A stretch of 64,000 nucleotides of DNA from Octopus vulgaris (GCA_951406725.2 OX597818.1:129642001-129706000); one strand, 5' to 3'. Positions 1 through 12,539 are shown, counted from the first letter of the stretch. A program made the numbers and translations. Notes: generated by a model not told the origin, from the sequence alone.

Positions 1-82
1 GGGGCTGAATGAAAGGGAAATAATGATGGTGATCTCAACAAGCTTAGGTGTGCAAGCATGTGTATATATGTGAGAATTAAAA

Positions 83-303
83 GGCGGCGAGCTGGCAGAA
101 TCGTTAGCATGCCGGCCGAAATGCGTAGCCGTATTTCATCTGCTGTTACGTTCTGAGTTCAAATTCCGCTGAGGTCGACTTTGCCTTTCATCCTTTCAGG
201 GTCGATAAATTAAGTACCAGTAACGCACTGGGGTCGATATAATCGACTTTGTCTGTCCTTGTTTGTCCTCTCTGTGTTTAGTCCCTTGTAGGTAGTAAAG
301 AAA
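83..303 (+). mobile_element. tRNA-derived SINE family A (Nin/Deu-like central domain)
   Basis: Head GGCGGCGAGCTGGCAGAA..GTTAGC, B-box-like GAGTTCAAATTCC, core CCTTTCATCCTTTC.GGGTCGATAAATTAAGTACCAG; near-identical to many copies in window; TATATGTGAGAAT on both flanks. Confidence 0.85.
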
Positions 304-643
304 TATATATATGTGAGAATAGTGTGTGTGTGTGTGTGTGTGTGTGAATGGGGACGGGTGTGTCTGATGTTTGTGTGTGTGGTGCATTGTGTGTAGCAGC
401 TGATGTGTGCTTTTTCACGTGGTGTGTGCACATGTGTATGTGTGTGTCTCTGTGACCAAATAGTGTGCATGTGTATAGTATATGTATGTGGGTGAAAGTT
501 ATCTCTGTTTATGTGTGGTGCGTGTTTATGCGTGTTGCGTGTGTGTGTATATATTGTCTGTGTTCAGGTACTATGTGCTTGTGTGTGTGTGTGTGTGTGT
601 GTGGGAGTGTTCATGATGGTGTGTGGTATGTGTGCTGAGTTAA

Positions 644-874
644 GGCGGCGAGCTGGCAGAAACGTTAGCACGCCGGGCGAAATGCTTAGCGGTATTTCGT
701 CTGCCGTTACGTTGGGAGTTCAAATTCCGCCGAGGTCGACTTTGCCTTTCATCCTTTCGGGGTCGATAAATTAAGTACCAGTTACGCACTGGGGTCGATG
801 TAATCGACTTAATACCTATGTCTGTCCTTGTTTGTCCCCTCTGTGTTTAGCCCCTTGTGGGTAATAAAGAAATA
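644..874 (+). mobile_element. SINE family A, full length with 19-bp TSD
   Basis: GGTATGTGTGCTGAGTTAA at 625-643 and 875-893 flanks the element. Confidence 0.92.
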
Positions 875-934
875 GGTATGTGTGCTGAGTTAAAAAGTGT
901 GTGTGGCTGTTCATATATTGGTATATGTGGTGAC

Positions 935-1060
935 CCTATTGAAAGACTGCTGCAATAAGCGTGAATCTGAGAGGGAGCATGTTGAATGAAATCATAATTA
1001 ACTGATCCTCCTGTATTTTCTTTTATTGAAAGCCAGGAATTTTCCAGCACTTCCTCATAC
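935..1060 (-). mobile_element. Decayed mariner-like terminal fragment
   Basis: Minus strand begins TATGAGGAAGTGCTGGAAAATTCCTGGCTT, resembling mariner-type TIRs; recognition from memory only. Confidence 0.35.
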
Positions 1061-1197
1061 AATTCTATCAGTCTCTTTTGCCGAACCGCTAAGTGATGGG
1101 GACGTAAACACACCAGCATCGGTTGTCAAGCAATGCTAGGGGGACAAACACAGACACACAAACATATACACACACATACATACATACATATATATGT

Positions 1198-1378
1198 TTC
1201 TTTATTACCCACAAGGGGCTAAACATAGAGGGGACAAACAAGGACACACAAACGGATTAGGTCGATTACATCGACCCCAGTGCGAAACTGGTACTTAATT
1301 TATCGACCCTGAAAGGATGAAAGGCAAAGTTGACCTCGGCGGAATTTGAACTCAGAACGTCAAGACAGACAAAATACG
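1198..1378 (-). mobile_element. SINE family A, 5'-truncated
   Basis: Reverse complement of family A core and tail. Confidence 0.8.
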
Positions 1379-1506
1379 ACTTTAGAAGACCCAAGCACCT
1401 ACAATAAAATATATCTTGATACAAGAATAGTGTTTAAAGGCCAAGATACTTTGTACTCTGTCGCAGACCACTTGTCTTTCATCCTTGATCTCACTTGACA
1501 TCTACC

Positions 1507-1738
1507 TATTTCTTTACTCCCCACAAGGGGCTAAACACAAAGAGGACAAACAAGGACAGACAAACGGATTAAGTGGATTATATCGACCCCAGTGAGTGAC
1601 TGGTACTTAATTTATCGATCCCTAAGGGATGAAAGGCAAAGTCGACCTCGGCGGAATTTGAACTCAGAACGTAACGGCAGACGAAATGCGGCTACACATT
1701 TCGCCCGGCGTGCTAACGTTTCTACCAGCTCGCCGCCT
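1507..1738 (-). mobile_element. SINE family A, full length
   Basis: Reverse complement of 644-874; TCTACCTATT repeated at 1501 and 1741. Confidence 0.88.
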
Positions 1739-2107
1739 TATCTACCTATTATTCATCCACCTTTCACCTGTCATCTTATTCAATACTCTCCATCTTTCAT
1801 CTATCTCTCCAGCACCCATGACTAAATGCATCACCCTCTTTATAATGATTCTATCACCTTTCACTGGGCCTACATTGGTGCACCCTTATCTCCCTACCCA
1901 ATACACTCTAACTTTGGGCTGCTGTACTACCAGCCAGTCCTGTCTTTCCTCTGTGCAACCTCTGCTGCAATCCATCACCTTCTTTTATCTCACAGGAAAT
2001 ATTCGCTCCTTGTCATTGAGAGCCACTGACAATTACAACAAAGTTTGTTTCTCTCCATCAGCTAAGAGACAAATTTTGAATCATTTAGAATTTTTCAAGC
2101 ATAATCG

Positions 2108-2517
2108 AGTGGCTGTGTGGTAAGTAGCTTGCTTACCAACCACATGGTTCCGAGTTCAGTCCCACTGCGTAGCACCTTGGGCAAGTGTCTTCTGCTATAG
2201 CCTCGGGCCGACCAATGCCTTGTGAGTGGATTTGGTAGACAGAAACTGAAAGAAGCCTGTCGTATAATATGTATATATATATATATGTATGTATGTGCAT
2301 GTATATGTTTGTGTGTCTGTGTTTGTCCCCCTAGCATTGCTTGACAACCGATGCTGGTGTATTTAAGTCCCCGTCACTTAGCGGTTCGTCAAAAGAGACT
2401 GACAGAATAAGTACTGGCCTTACAAAGAATAAGTCCCAGGGTCGATTTGCTCGACTAAAGGCGGTGCTCCAGCATGGCTGCAGTCAAATGACTGAAACAA
2501 GTAAAAGAGTAAAGAGT
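2108..2517 (+). mobile_element. Composite SINE family B (tRNA head, CORE-like CCTTGGGCAAGT motif, internal TA/TG microsatellite, TAAAAGAG tail)
   Basis: GGCTGTGTGGTAAGTAGCTTGC..GGTTCAGTCCC head; matches 11793-12197, 17359-17765, 20832-21208, 47287-47691, 63670-64000. Confidence 0.88.
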
Positions 2518-3370
2518 ATATCATTAAATTTGCTAAAGTGGCCTTGCATGTATGTTTGTATGAATGTATGTATATTTATGTGTGTGTGCATGCGTGTGTG
2601 TGTGTGTGTGTGCACATGTGCATGTGTGTGTACACACATACACACATGTAAATTATGATTGTTAGTTTGAAGGTTTAATTCTTTGACCAGGTAAAAACGA
2701 AATGTCCTTGAACAATGCCCTTCATTTCACATTGCTCCACTAAATTCAATGAAAATGAGTTCCTGTGGCATCTGGGAATGGTATCTGTAACAGAATGGCA
2801 TTCATCAAATACCTTGAAAATCTGGATAGCTCCAGATTCAAGATCCTATAAGCTCAAGGTAGATTAGCTCATTTGAGATATTTCCTCCTGGCCATTTCTG
2901 TTTGCAATTTTACAAATGGAAATACATATATTTGACAAAGTCCTTTGTAACTCTTATTCTCCATGTAAAATTCTCTGTCAGCTGATCAAAGCAGGCTTGG
3001 AAAAATTATCTTTCTGATGAGGGTTGAATAAGATGGAAACGTGTTTTTAGGTGTCATGTTGCCAGCTATCAAAACAAAATATAGATAATTTTCTCTAAGC
3101 ATAAAAACTGAATTTTCTTACAAACTAATTTATTATTTCTTGGAATTATCTCCCTTTTGATATTCACTAATATTTGTCAGTAAGTCTTTGCTTATTTTTT
3201 CCAACTAAGAAACAGATATCAATTCATTAAGAATTTTTTGTGTATGCCATTCAGTAGATCCTCATTTACTCGATTTATCTAAATTCATGCTGCTGGTCCA
3301 CTTGATTTATTTCCCTTAGCTCACTCTCTGTAATTATCTCAACACTAACTTAACTTTTGTTTTCTTTTAG

Positions 3371-3423
3371 TTAATGCTGATGGCATCTCTGAGATTGAAG
3401 TAGTTGAGTTTAGTATGACCTAA
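3371..3423 (+). CDS. Possible short terminal coding exon (..NADGISEIEVVEFSMT*)
   Basis: Strong polypyrimidine acceptor TTTTGTTTTCTTTTAG, open frame to TAA, followed by repeat-free A/U-rich UTR-like DNA; protein not recognised. Confidence 0.25.
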
Positions 3424-4719
3424 TGGTAATGTAGTATGTATTTTTTCTGTTATTTAAAAATTTTTTATTGTGGTAATAGAAAAGATAGAAAATAAAAATA
3501 GAGAAAAGAAAAAAAATTGGAACTGACAGATCAAAAATTATAGAAATACAAAAAGGAGCTGAAGAGGCATAAATAATCCAAAATATTATTCTTTTTTGAA
3601 AGGCAATACCAATACTAACAGATCATTTAAAAACACTTTCAATATATCAAAGGTGGAAGCAATCAAATAACCATTTTTTATTATTATTTCTTCAGTTTTT
3701 TTCTCTCATATTTTCATCTTGAAAAGTCAAGAGGAAAACTGAAGAAAAATTAACCAAAAAAACAAAAAATATATATAAATAAATTAAATTAAAAACGCAA
3801 AAAATAATCCGAGAAGTTTTACATCAAATGTATTTAATTTTAAGTTGAGCTTTTTAAAAAGAAATCTTTCAAGTCTGTGGCATTCTCTAATGTCAGTAAA
3901 TTTGTCTATAGAAGGAAAAGAAGAGACAAGGGTGAAGTCATCACCATCATCATCATCATTATTATTATTGTTTGCCTACAGCATAACACTCACTTTCACA
4001 AGACCTTGCAAAGCCTGAGAAATTACGAAGCTATCATAGCTTCAGGTTTGTTCTGATCAAACAGACCTATGATCAAAGTTGTTTCAGCCAACATCACATA
4101 ATCTTTTTGTACAACTATGACTAACACTCGTCTGTGTTGTATCATTTTTTTTTTAAGAAAATAAAAAGTGTAATTTGAGTGAGACTTGACTGCCAATTCT
4201 AGCAAGTTATGATAGCTAGATTCTGGTAGCTACCATCTGGTAGCTAGATTCTATCTAGTAGCTAGATTCCATCTAGCTACCAGATGGAATCTGATCTGGG
4301 ACAATATTCTCTCAAGATCGGAGGTCTTTTGTTTGCTTGGAGATCCTTTCATTACAACTGGCATTCAATCCACCGCTAAACACAGATTTGTAGTTTTGGT
4401 ATTGTCTATATATATATATTATACAGCACCTAATTCCATTTCATTTTCTTTGTTTTCCCTCTAAACATTGTTCTGCTTTGTGCTCACCTACAGTTTTTAT
4501 GGTTCTTGCAAATGATAAAAGAATATGACATCTCCCTGAGCCCTTCCTAGGTAAGGCCCTCCATCAGTCAAGATCAACCATGCATCTGTCCTTGTATTTG
4601 CAAACCAGGGCAATATTTTCTTATCTGAGGAAAACAAGAAGTTGTCCAAGCAAGTAAGTCTCTCTTCTCCAGGCAACCAGTGTTTATTCATGATAAAGGC
4701 TGCCAATAGAGCTTAATAC

Positions 4720-4924
4720 CTATTTCTTTTACTACCCACAAGGGGCTAAACACAGAAGGGACAAACAAGGACAGACAAAGGGATTAAGTCGGTTATATCG
4801 ACCCCAGTGCGTAACTGGTACTTATTTAATCGAACCCAAAAGGATGAAAGGCAAAGTCAACCTTGGCGGAATTTGAACTCAGAACATAGCGGCAGACAAA
4901 ATACAGCTACGCATTTCACCCGGC
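4720..4924 (-). mobile_element. SINE family A
   Basis: Reverse complement of family A body. Confidence 0.85.
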
Positions 4925-5261
4925 ACACAGCCACCTATAACACATACATACATACTTACATACACACATACATACATACATACATACATACATACATACA
5001 TACGTAGGTATGTGATGGGTTTCTTTCAGTTTCTGTCTACCAGATCCACACATAAGGATTTGTTTGGTTGGCCCACAGCTATAGTGGAAGACACTTGCCC
5101 AAGGTGCAGATGAATTGAACCTAAGATCACACGGTTGGGAAGCAAGCTTCTTAACCACACAACTACACTTGCACCTATGACAAAGTGAAGTTGGACTGCC
5201 ATAACCAGTATGTATATTTATATATGCTGACAACACCCATCGAATATTTCTGTTTATATAG

Positions 5262-5329
5262 TGAAGATGCCGACGACCGCTCGGTTCAAAGTCTCTCTTG
5301 ACCAGAAATGGCCTGAACTCTTTGCATGA
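5262..5329 (+). CDS. Possible short terminal coding exon (..KMPTTARFKVSLDQKWPELFA* or, in another frame, ..EDADDRSVQSLS*)
   Basis: Acceptor TTTCTGTTTATATAG, locally CpG-rich unique sequence, followed by about 1.2 kb repeat-poor U-rich DNA; protein not recognised. Confidence 0.3.
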
Positions 5330-6849
5330 ACACCACCCTGTACATAACTCCATGTCCTCCTACATGGCCTTGCTTTTTGCTTTTTGAGCCAAAAAATTAA
5401 TTAACTAAATAAACTAAAACTAAATTTCACATTTTCTGCTTTACAAAACAGAAATCATATTGACATTTCAACATACAGTTATTACATGATTAAGATTTTC
5501 TTTTTATCATAGAATTAACCATATCCTTATCAATATTCGCAGTGCATACATATGGGCAAAGTGTTTTATGTGCAAGCATCAGTGTTTGAAAACACATGTG
5601 CCAGTGTGTATGTGAGTGTGGCTGTATGCTTTAATTTCTTTTCTTTTTTTCTCTACATATTACCCTCTCACCATCTCTTCAGAACTGTATCCAAGAAGTA
5701 AAGATCTATTTTACTGTAAACATCACTTTATTCCAACTCCTTTTTCTCCCCCACCCCCACTTTTTACCTTCTATACACTACATTGTTGTCCTCGTTTTTT
5801 TTTTTTGGTGAATTTTGTATTTTTGTATAAATACATTTTTACTTCCTAAATGACTCTTATGAGAAAACTTAGCAATTAAATGAATAAATAAATAAATAAA
5901 TGAACAAACAAATAAATAAATAAGTAAAATAGCTAAAAGATTGTCCAAAAATTTAATAACCAGTACCATTTAACAAAATGGTGTGTAATTTCCATGTAAA
6001 ATATTTCTTCTTGCCAACAGAATGTAATTCCAGTTTGGAAAACTATTAGTGCTTTTCTTTGCTTCTCTACCATATTGTTACTTTTAGTTTCAAAAATTAT
6101 TTTTTTAAACATTCCTGTAGTTATTATTAGTAATATTTATAGTTATTATTTTTTGCGGGGGGGTTCTTTAATATAATTATTCAAATCTCCAAGTATAGTA
6201 AATGTGCAGAAATTATAACTTTCTCTAGGAAATTTTTCAAAAAAAAAAAAAAATTAAAAAAGAAAAAAGATGTTTCTTTTACAGTTCTTCTTTTGGTTAA
6301 TTTTGTTTTGGTTTTATTACAAAAGTCATTACAAAATGAAAAATAAACTATGATAATTACATTTAGCTTTTTTGCAGGGGTTTTCATCTCTCTCTCTCTC
6401 TCTCTTTTTTTTTTTTTTGCAATTCAATAGTTTGCAAAAGAGAGTCTAGCCTAGCCTTTTCCTACATTAACATCTAATGAGTTTCCCCTGCTTGTATTCT
6501 TCTTTTTAACTTTTAACAACCTATCTCTCTATGCATCCATCTCTTTATCTTTTCTTTTTCTATTTATCTTCACACTCTCAAAATTATCTTGCTATTGTCT
6601 TCTTCATCCACATTATTATCATAAACATCACCATTTTAACATCTAGTTTTGTGCTCTGGTACAGGTCATCAGAACAGCACATAGGACTACCTTATACATA
6701 GTTTTTCCTGCTATTGAAGACAGTAGTGTGCAACACAAAGGAGATGTGGATGTTATTTCAAACAAACTAAGCACATAAAAGCCTACACCCATTAGTGTTG
6801 AACCAGGGTAGCATGTTGAGTCTGAATATGATGAAGTATGTTATTCAAT

Positions 6850-7018
6850 GGTGAGCTGGCAGAAACGTTAGCAACACCGGGCGAAATGCTTAGCAGTATT
6901 TTGTTTGCCGCTACATTCTGAGTTCAAATTCCGCCGAGGTCCACTTTGCCTTTCATCCTTTCGGGGGTCGATTAAATAAGTACCAGTTATACACTGGGGT
7001 CGATATAATCGACTTAAT
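6850..7018 (+). mobile_element. SINE family A, 3'-truncated
   Basis: Family A head and core. Confidence 0.85.
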
Positions 7019-7075
7019 CTGCACAATATGTTAGTTGGATTCTTATTACAGAATTCACCAACATTGTAGTTGTGA

Positions 7076-7390
7076 TACCTGTGCCGTTGGCATGTAAAAA
7101 CGTGGCCGATGCCAGTGCCACCTTGAATGGCTTCCGTGCTGGTGGCACGTAAAAAGCACCAACTGATCGTGGCCATTGCCAGCCTCACCTGGCATCTGTG
7201 CTGGTGACACGTAAAAGGCACCCACTACACTCATGGAGTGGTTGGCGTTAGGAAGGGCATCCAGCTGTAGAAACCCTGCCAGATCAGACTGAAGCCTGGT
7301 GCAGGCTCCTGGTTTCCCAGACCCTGGTCAAACCGTCCAACCCATGCTAGCATGGAAAACGGACGTTAAACGATGATGATGATGATGATG
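7076..7390 (+). mobile_element. SINE family C 3' part (internal GGTGGCACGTAAAAAGCACC repeats, GGAAGGGCATCCAGCTGTAGAAAC motif, (GAT)n tail)
   Basis: Same tail at 8450-8683(-), 9238-9370(-), 13100-13655, 17185-17340(-), 20360-20642, 23750-24127, 25087-25380, 44456-44670. Confidence 0.85.
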
Positions 7391-7807
7391 TGTGAGTTAT
7401 AGATTTAGTTTATGCAATCGTGGAAGCTGTGGTTAGAATAGGAAGAAAAGCTAAAAGAGTAAAGAATAATCAATTATTTTCTTATGTTTTGTGACAGTTA
7501 GATGGCTCCAGTACAGCTTTAGATAAAAAAAAAAAATCAATGGGGTCAGCTTTGCTATTCATCCATCATGGTTTGATAAAATAAAGTACCATTAAAATAC
7601 TTAGGATCTTTCTAATTAACTGGAGTTTCCCAACAAAATTGTGTCTTTGTTAGGAATCAATACTAGCTAGATCCATTGCTATTATTGTTATTTGAACAGG
7701 TCTAGTAACAAAGTGCCAGTTCTAAATAACTAGAACTAAATTTGGAGTATGTACACACACACACACACACACACAACACACACAAACACATAAATACTAT
7801 TTGTCAC

Positions 7808-7935
7808 AACTGCCCAACGAACAGGAATGTGAAACTGAGTAACAGTTCTGTGATAATTCTGTAGCTTTAATAAAAAGTATATCACTCTACCTTTGGTATT
7901 TGTGTACTATTTTTTCCACTTTATTTTGCACTTGT
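7808..7935 (+). mobile_element. Degenerate copy of hammerhead-bearing foldback family H1
   Basis: Aligns with 12940-13085 and 8250-8430. Confidence 0.7.
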
Positions 7936-7987
7936 GTGTATATACATATACTTGCGTGTGTGTAGAGTGTGTGTGTATGGGTGTGGG

Positions 7988-8018
<31 letters not shown>

Positions 8019-8089
8019 CCATGTTGATTCGTTAGCTACTGCACGCATTTTTTTCTCTCCTTCTTTCTGTGTTTTTTTCTCTCTGTGTA

Positions 8090-8127
8090 TCTTTCTGTTG
8101 AAGAGCGTAGGCTCGAAACGTTAAAGA
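8090..8127 (+). ncRNA. Minimal type I hammerhead-like motif with variant core (CUGUUGA)
   Basis: UCUUU-CUGUUGA-A-GAGC(GUAG)GCUC-GAAA-CG-UU-AAAGA: 5-bp stem I, 4-bp stem II, palindromic AACGUU stem III. Confidence 0.65.
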
Positions 8128-8249
8128 CTTGTTTTATTTATATTTCCTGAGCGCCATACTAATACAATTGTTCGTTTGTTTTCCACCTGCCTTCGTCTTT
8201 TGTCTATTTTCATAAAGCTTCCCGTTATATATATATTTACTTTGTTTAA

Positions 8250-8430
8250 AAGCAGCAGAAATTCAACAAAACCTGTTACTCGGAGTTTCACATTCCCATC
8301 TGTTGGACAGTTTTGCTAAAAAAAAAATGTTGAATTTCTGCTGCTTGTAAATAAAGCATATTACTCTACCCCTGGTATTGGAGTACTCTTTTTTCCACCT
8401 TGTTTCACATTTATGTGTTTACTCCGGTAT
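8250..8430. mobile_element. Foldback family H1 copy
   Basis: Inverted arms 8250-8268/8328-8346, same TTTTGCTAAAA turn point as 12930 copy, same 3' body. Confidence 0.75.
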
Positions 8431-9387
8431 ACATACATATATATATATCATCATCATCATCGTTTAATGTCTGTTTTCCATGCCAGCATGGGTTGGGGTC
8501 TGGGAAGCCCGAAGGCTGCACCAGGCCAGTCAGATCTGGCAGTGTTTCTACAGCTGGATGCTCTTCCTAACGCTAACCACTCCGTGAGTGTAGTGGGTGC
8601 TTTTTATGTGCCACTGACACAGGTGCCAGACGAGGCTGGCAAACGGCCACGATTGGATGGTGCTTTTTACGTGCCACCAGCATGGAGAAAAGCTTTGTAA
8701 AAATTTTTTGATGCAGTCACAATAATTAAGGAAGGATTTTTTAAAAAAGTCATTAACTATCTAAAAATCTATTTCATTTAACAGAATACCTCTAACATCT
8801 GTGGAAGAAGTTTGTGTAGTGTGTATTTTGTGTGTAAGCACTTTCGTTGTTCAACTTATACACACACACAACACACACACATATATTCTTTTACACACAC
8901 ACACACACGTACACACACATGAATCTTACATTCTGAGTTAAAACCTTACCACTGTCTACTTAGAATTTCATTACTATGAGGTCAATGTGTTAAGTACAAT
9001 TGATTTATCGGTGTTGATTAAACTGACAACACAAGCATAGTATAGCTAAGAAAATGACTTTGAGGTAAGGCTGCTCAAAATTTGACCTCACTACATGGCA
9101 ACTCATAATATATATATATATATATTTATATATTACACACATGCACATACACACACACACACAAATATGTGTGCGTGTATGTGCGTGTGTGAGGGTTTGT
9201 GTGATATTATATGTGTGCGTGTGTGTGTATGTATATATCATCATCATCATTGTTTAACTATGCTATCATCCATGCTAGCATGGGTTGGACGATTCGACCG
9301 GGGTCTGGGAAGCCAGGAGGCTGCACCAGTGTTTCTACAGCTGGATGCTCTTCCTAACGCCAACCACTCCATATATGTAAATATATA

Positions 9388-9510
<123 letters not shown>

Positions 9511-9899
9511 ATACATGCATACACATACACAGATAATGTTTGTGTAGGTGTATCATTCTCTTGTATACATCACCAAAGAATGTAAACATTGGTATAGAAA
9601 ACCTAATGTCCTGTGCTTTTTGAAAGAAATCCTTTATTAAATTTGTTCTGCCTTCAGCTACACAGTCACTCCTATGGTACTCTCACCATCAATAATGCAG
9701 TGAACCAGTGATTGGTCTGCTGGAGACTTGTAACCGACAATAAACTATCCACCAACTGCAATATGAAATATAATAAATGAAAAGTATTTAGAACTCTGAG
9801 GCGTGTGGCAATGTAAGAAACCATCATTTAAAAAAAAAAATATAAACACAATATAAGCAGTGTTACTTTTTTACCATTCTTCTTTCTCTTTTATCTTTT

Positions 9900-10076
9900 C
9901 TATCTGTCCGTCCACCATCTGTCTGTCTATCTATCTATCTATCTATCTTTCTATCTATTTATCTACCTGCCTACCTACCTAGCTATCTACCTACCTACCT
10001 ACCTCAACTATATTTTTCTTATGATAATCTACTGTTGATAAAAGCTGACGATTGTCATATTTAACATGTATTTCTG

Positions 10077-10121
<45 letters not shown>

Positions 10122-10334
10122 CTTACCTATCTACCTGTCTACCTACCTACCTCAACGACACCCATCCTATGCTAGTCTACTGTTGTTGATATATGCTGAC
10201 AATTGCCATATTTAATATATGTAATTCTGATCTATCTATCTGTCTATCTCTCTCTCTCTCTCTCTCTATCTGTCTCTCTCTATCTATCTATCTGTCTGGC
10301 TATCTGTCTTTCTCTCTATCTCTCTATCTATCTC

Positions 10335-10383
<49 letters not shown>

Positions 10384-10394
10384 ATATCTATCTG

Positions 10395-10441
<47 letters not shown>

Positions 10442-10466
10442 GTCTGTCTGTCTGTCTATCTGTCTA

Positions 10467-10561
<95 letters not shown>

Positions 10562-10636
10562 CTATCTGTCTGTCTGTCTATCTGCCTGTATCTCTCTCTC
10601 TCTCTATCTATCTATCTGTCTATCTCTCTCTCTCTT

Positions 10637-10671
<35 letters not shown>

Positions 10672-10726
10672 GTCTATCTGTCTGTCTGTCTGTCTGTCTG
10701 CCTCTCTCTCTCTATCTATCTATCTA

Positions 10727-10793
<67 letters not shown>

Positions 10794-10806
10794 GTCTATC
10801 TGTCTA

Positions 10807-10886
<80 letters not shown>

Positions 10887-10972
10887 CCACTCTGCCACAT
10901 TCTTCCTATGATAGTCTACTGTTGATACATGCCGACAATTGTTGTCATATGTCAACATAAGTATTTCTGATT
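9900..10972. repeat. Compound (ATCT)n/(GTCT)n/(CT)n array punctuated by three copies of an about 65-bp spacer
   Basis: CCTATGATAGTCTACTGTTGATA..GCTGACAATTG..TTTCTGAT variants near 10018, 10166, 10904. Confidence 0.9.
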
Positions 10973-11431
10973 TCTAAGAAATGGTATTTCTTCTCATATC
11001 GCAATGAATGAGTATATTTTGTTGAGTGTATGTGTGACTATATATGTATGTATATAATGCCTTTTGTAGTTTTTTTTTTTAAATAGCAGAGTGTGGGGTC
11101 AGATATGAAGTTGGTGGGTAAGGTATATTTTATACATTAAATTTTTTTTTTAATTCATGATTCTCACAAAGTATTAATTAAAAGAATTTAGTATGCTTTG
11201 ATATTATGAAAAATTAATGGACTATATATTGCCAACAGGTTGAATCCATATAGTTGATTAATTTTTGTTTTAGACAGAAAAAAAAAAAAACAGAAAAAGC
11301 ACCCTCTCCAAAACACACACACACACACACACACAAAATTAAAAAAAAAAAAAACAAAACAAAAAAATTAAAATCAATCAATGCTTACTAATTTCAATGT
11401 AATGTCATATTTCACAAGCTGGGCGGAGGTG

Positions 11432-11499
11432 GGGAAGGACAGAGGTAGGGAAGGACAGAGGTAGGGAAGGACAGAGGTAGGGAAGGACAGAGGTAGGGG
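11432..11499. repeat. 16-bp minisatellite (GGGAAGGACAGAGGTA)x4
   Basis: Four consecutive exact units. Confidence 0.9.
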
Positions 11500-11792
11500 T
11501 TAAAGTGAGTGTGGATGGTGGTGGGGTGGGGTGGGCGATGGAAGGAGAGTATGGCACTGTTTAAAAAAAAAAAAAAGAAGGAAATAATAATCAAGTTAGA
11601 GTTCTTAGATGTGATGAGATATTAAAGTTACTAAAAGAAAAACAGCATGTAGTGATACAATGATTCCTTGTCTTCTTTTCTTTTTATTCATGAAATCTAA
11701 GGCCAATTTTTGTAGGTGATGACCTGTTGTGTTGTTAGTAGTATTCACCACACTTTCCAGGATAGTTTATATATATATATGCATAAATATAT

Positions 11793-12197
11793 ACTCTTTT
11801 ACTCTTTTACTTGTTTCAGTCATTTGACTACGGCCATGCTGAAGCACCGCCTTTTAATTGAGCAAATCGACCCCGGGACTTATTCTTTTGTAAGCCCAGT
11901 ACTTATTCTATCGGTCTCTTTTGCCAAACCGCTAAGTAACGGGGACATAAACACACCAGCATCGGTTGTCAAGCAATGCTAGGGGGACAAACACAGACAC
12001 ACAAACACACGCACGCATATATATATGTACATATATACAACGGGCTTCTTTCAGTTTCCGTCTACCAAATCCACTCACAAGGCTTTGGTCGGCCCGAGGC
12101 TATAGTAGAAGACACTTGCCCAAGGTGCCACGAAGTGGGACTGAACCCGGAACCATGTGGTTGGTAAACAAGCTACTTACCACACAGCCACTCCTGC
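11793..12197 (-). mobile_element. SINE family B, full length
   Basis: Reverse complement of 2108-2517. Confidence 0.9.
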
Positions 12198-12338
12198 ATA
12201 TATATACATATAAATTTTTTTCTCAGAATGAGAAAAAATCCAAGGCTGTGAAGATTTTAGAACATTTAAAAATAGAAGGTCTTACAGGTGTTTTCGGGAT
12301 ATTTTTTATATCCCTTCATCTGAGACAGTGTGAGAAAA

Positions 12339-12539
12339 TGGTTAAGCAATAGTTAATTTAGATAAGATATTAAATAGAGAATGAAGTGGAGGAATGAAAA
12401 TAGATGTGAGATATGCAGGGATATTGTATTTGTAAATCCATTATTTAAATGCAATATCCCTGAATATCTCATATCTATTTTCATTCCTCTACTTCACTGT
12501 CTATTTAATATCTTATATAAATTAACTATTACTTAACCA
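12339..12539. repeat. Long fold-back inverted repeat (about 93-bp arms, 15-nt spacer)
   Basis: 12339-12431 vs 12447-12539, 8 mismatches by manual comparison. Confidence 0.92.

Noticed and set aside
3014-3046. CTGATGAG..GAAACGTGT hammerhead-like words
   Set aside because: Neither stem I nor stem II pairs; at best a heavily decayed remnant
10193-10960. 255/240-aa ORFs
   Set aside because: Translations of (ATCT)/(GTCT)/(CT) repeats lacking stops by composition
12321-12332. TGAGACAGTGTG resembling the 5' part of a lophotrochozoan miRNA; also TAAGTATTACATCAG at about 52149
   Set aside because: Only partial matches, no precursor hairpin around them
11966-12352. Recurrent ORFs such as ..RASFSFRLPNPLTR.. 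and MTTDAGVF..
   Set aside because: They are SINE family B sequence repeated across the window
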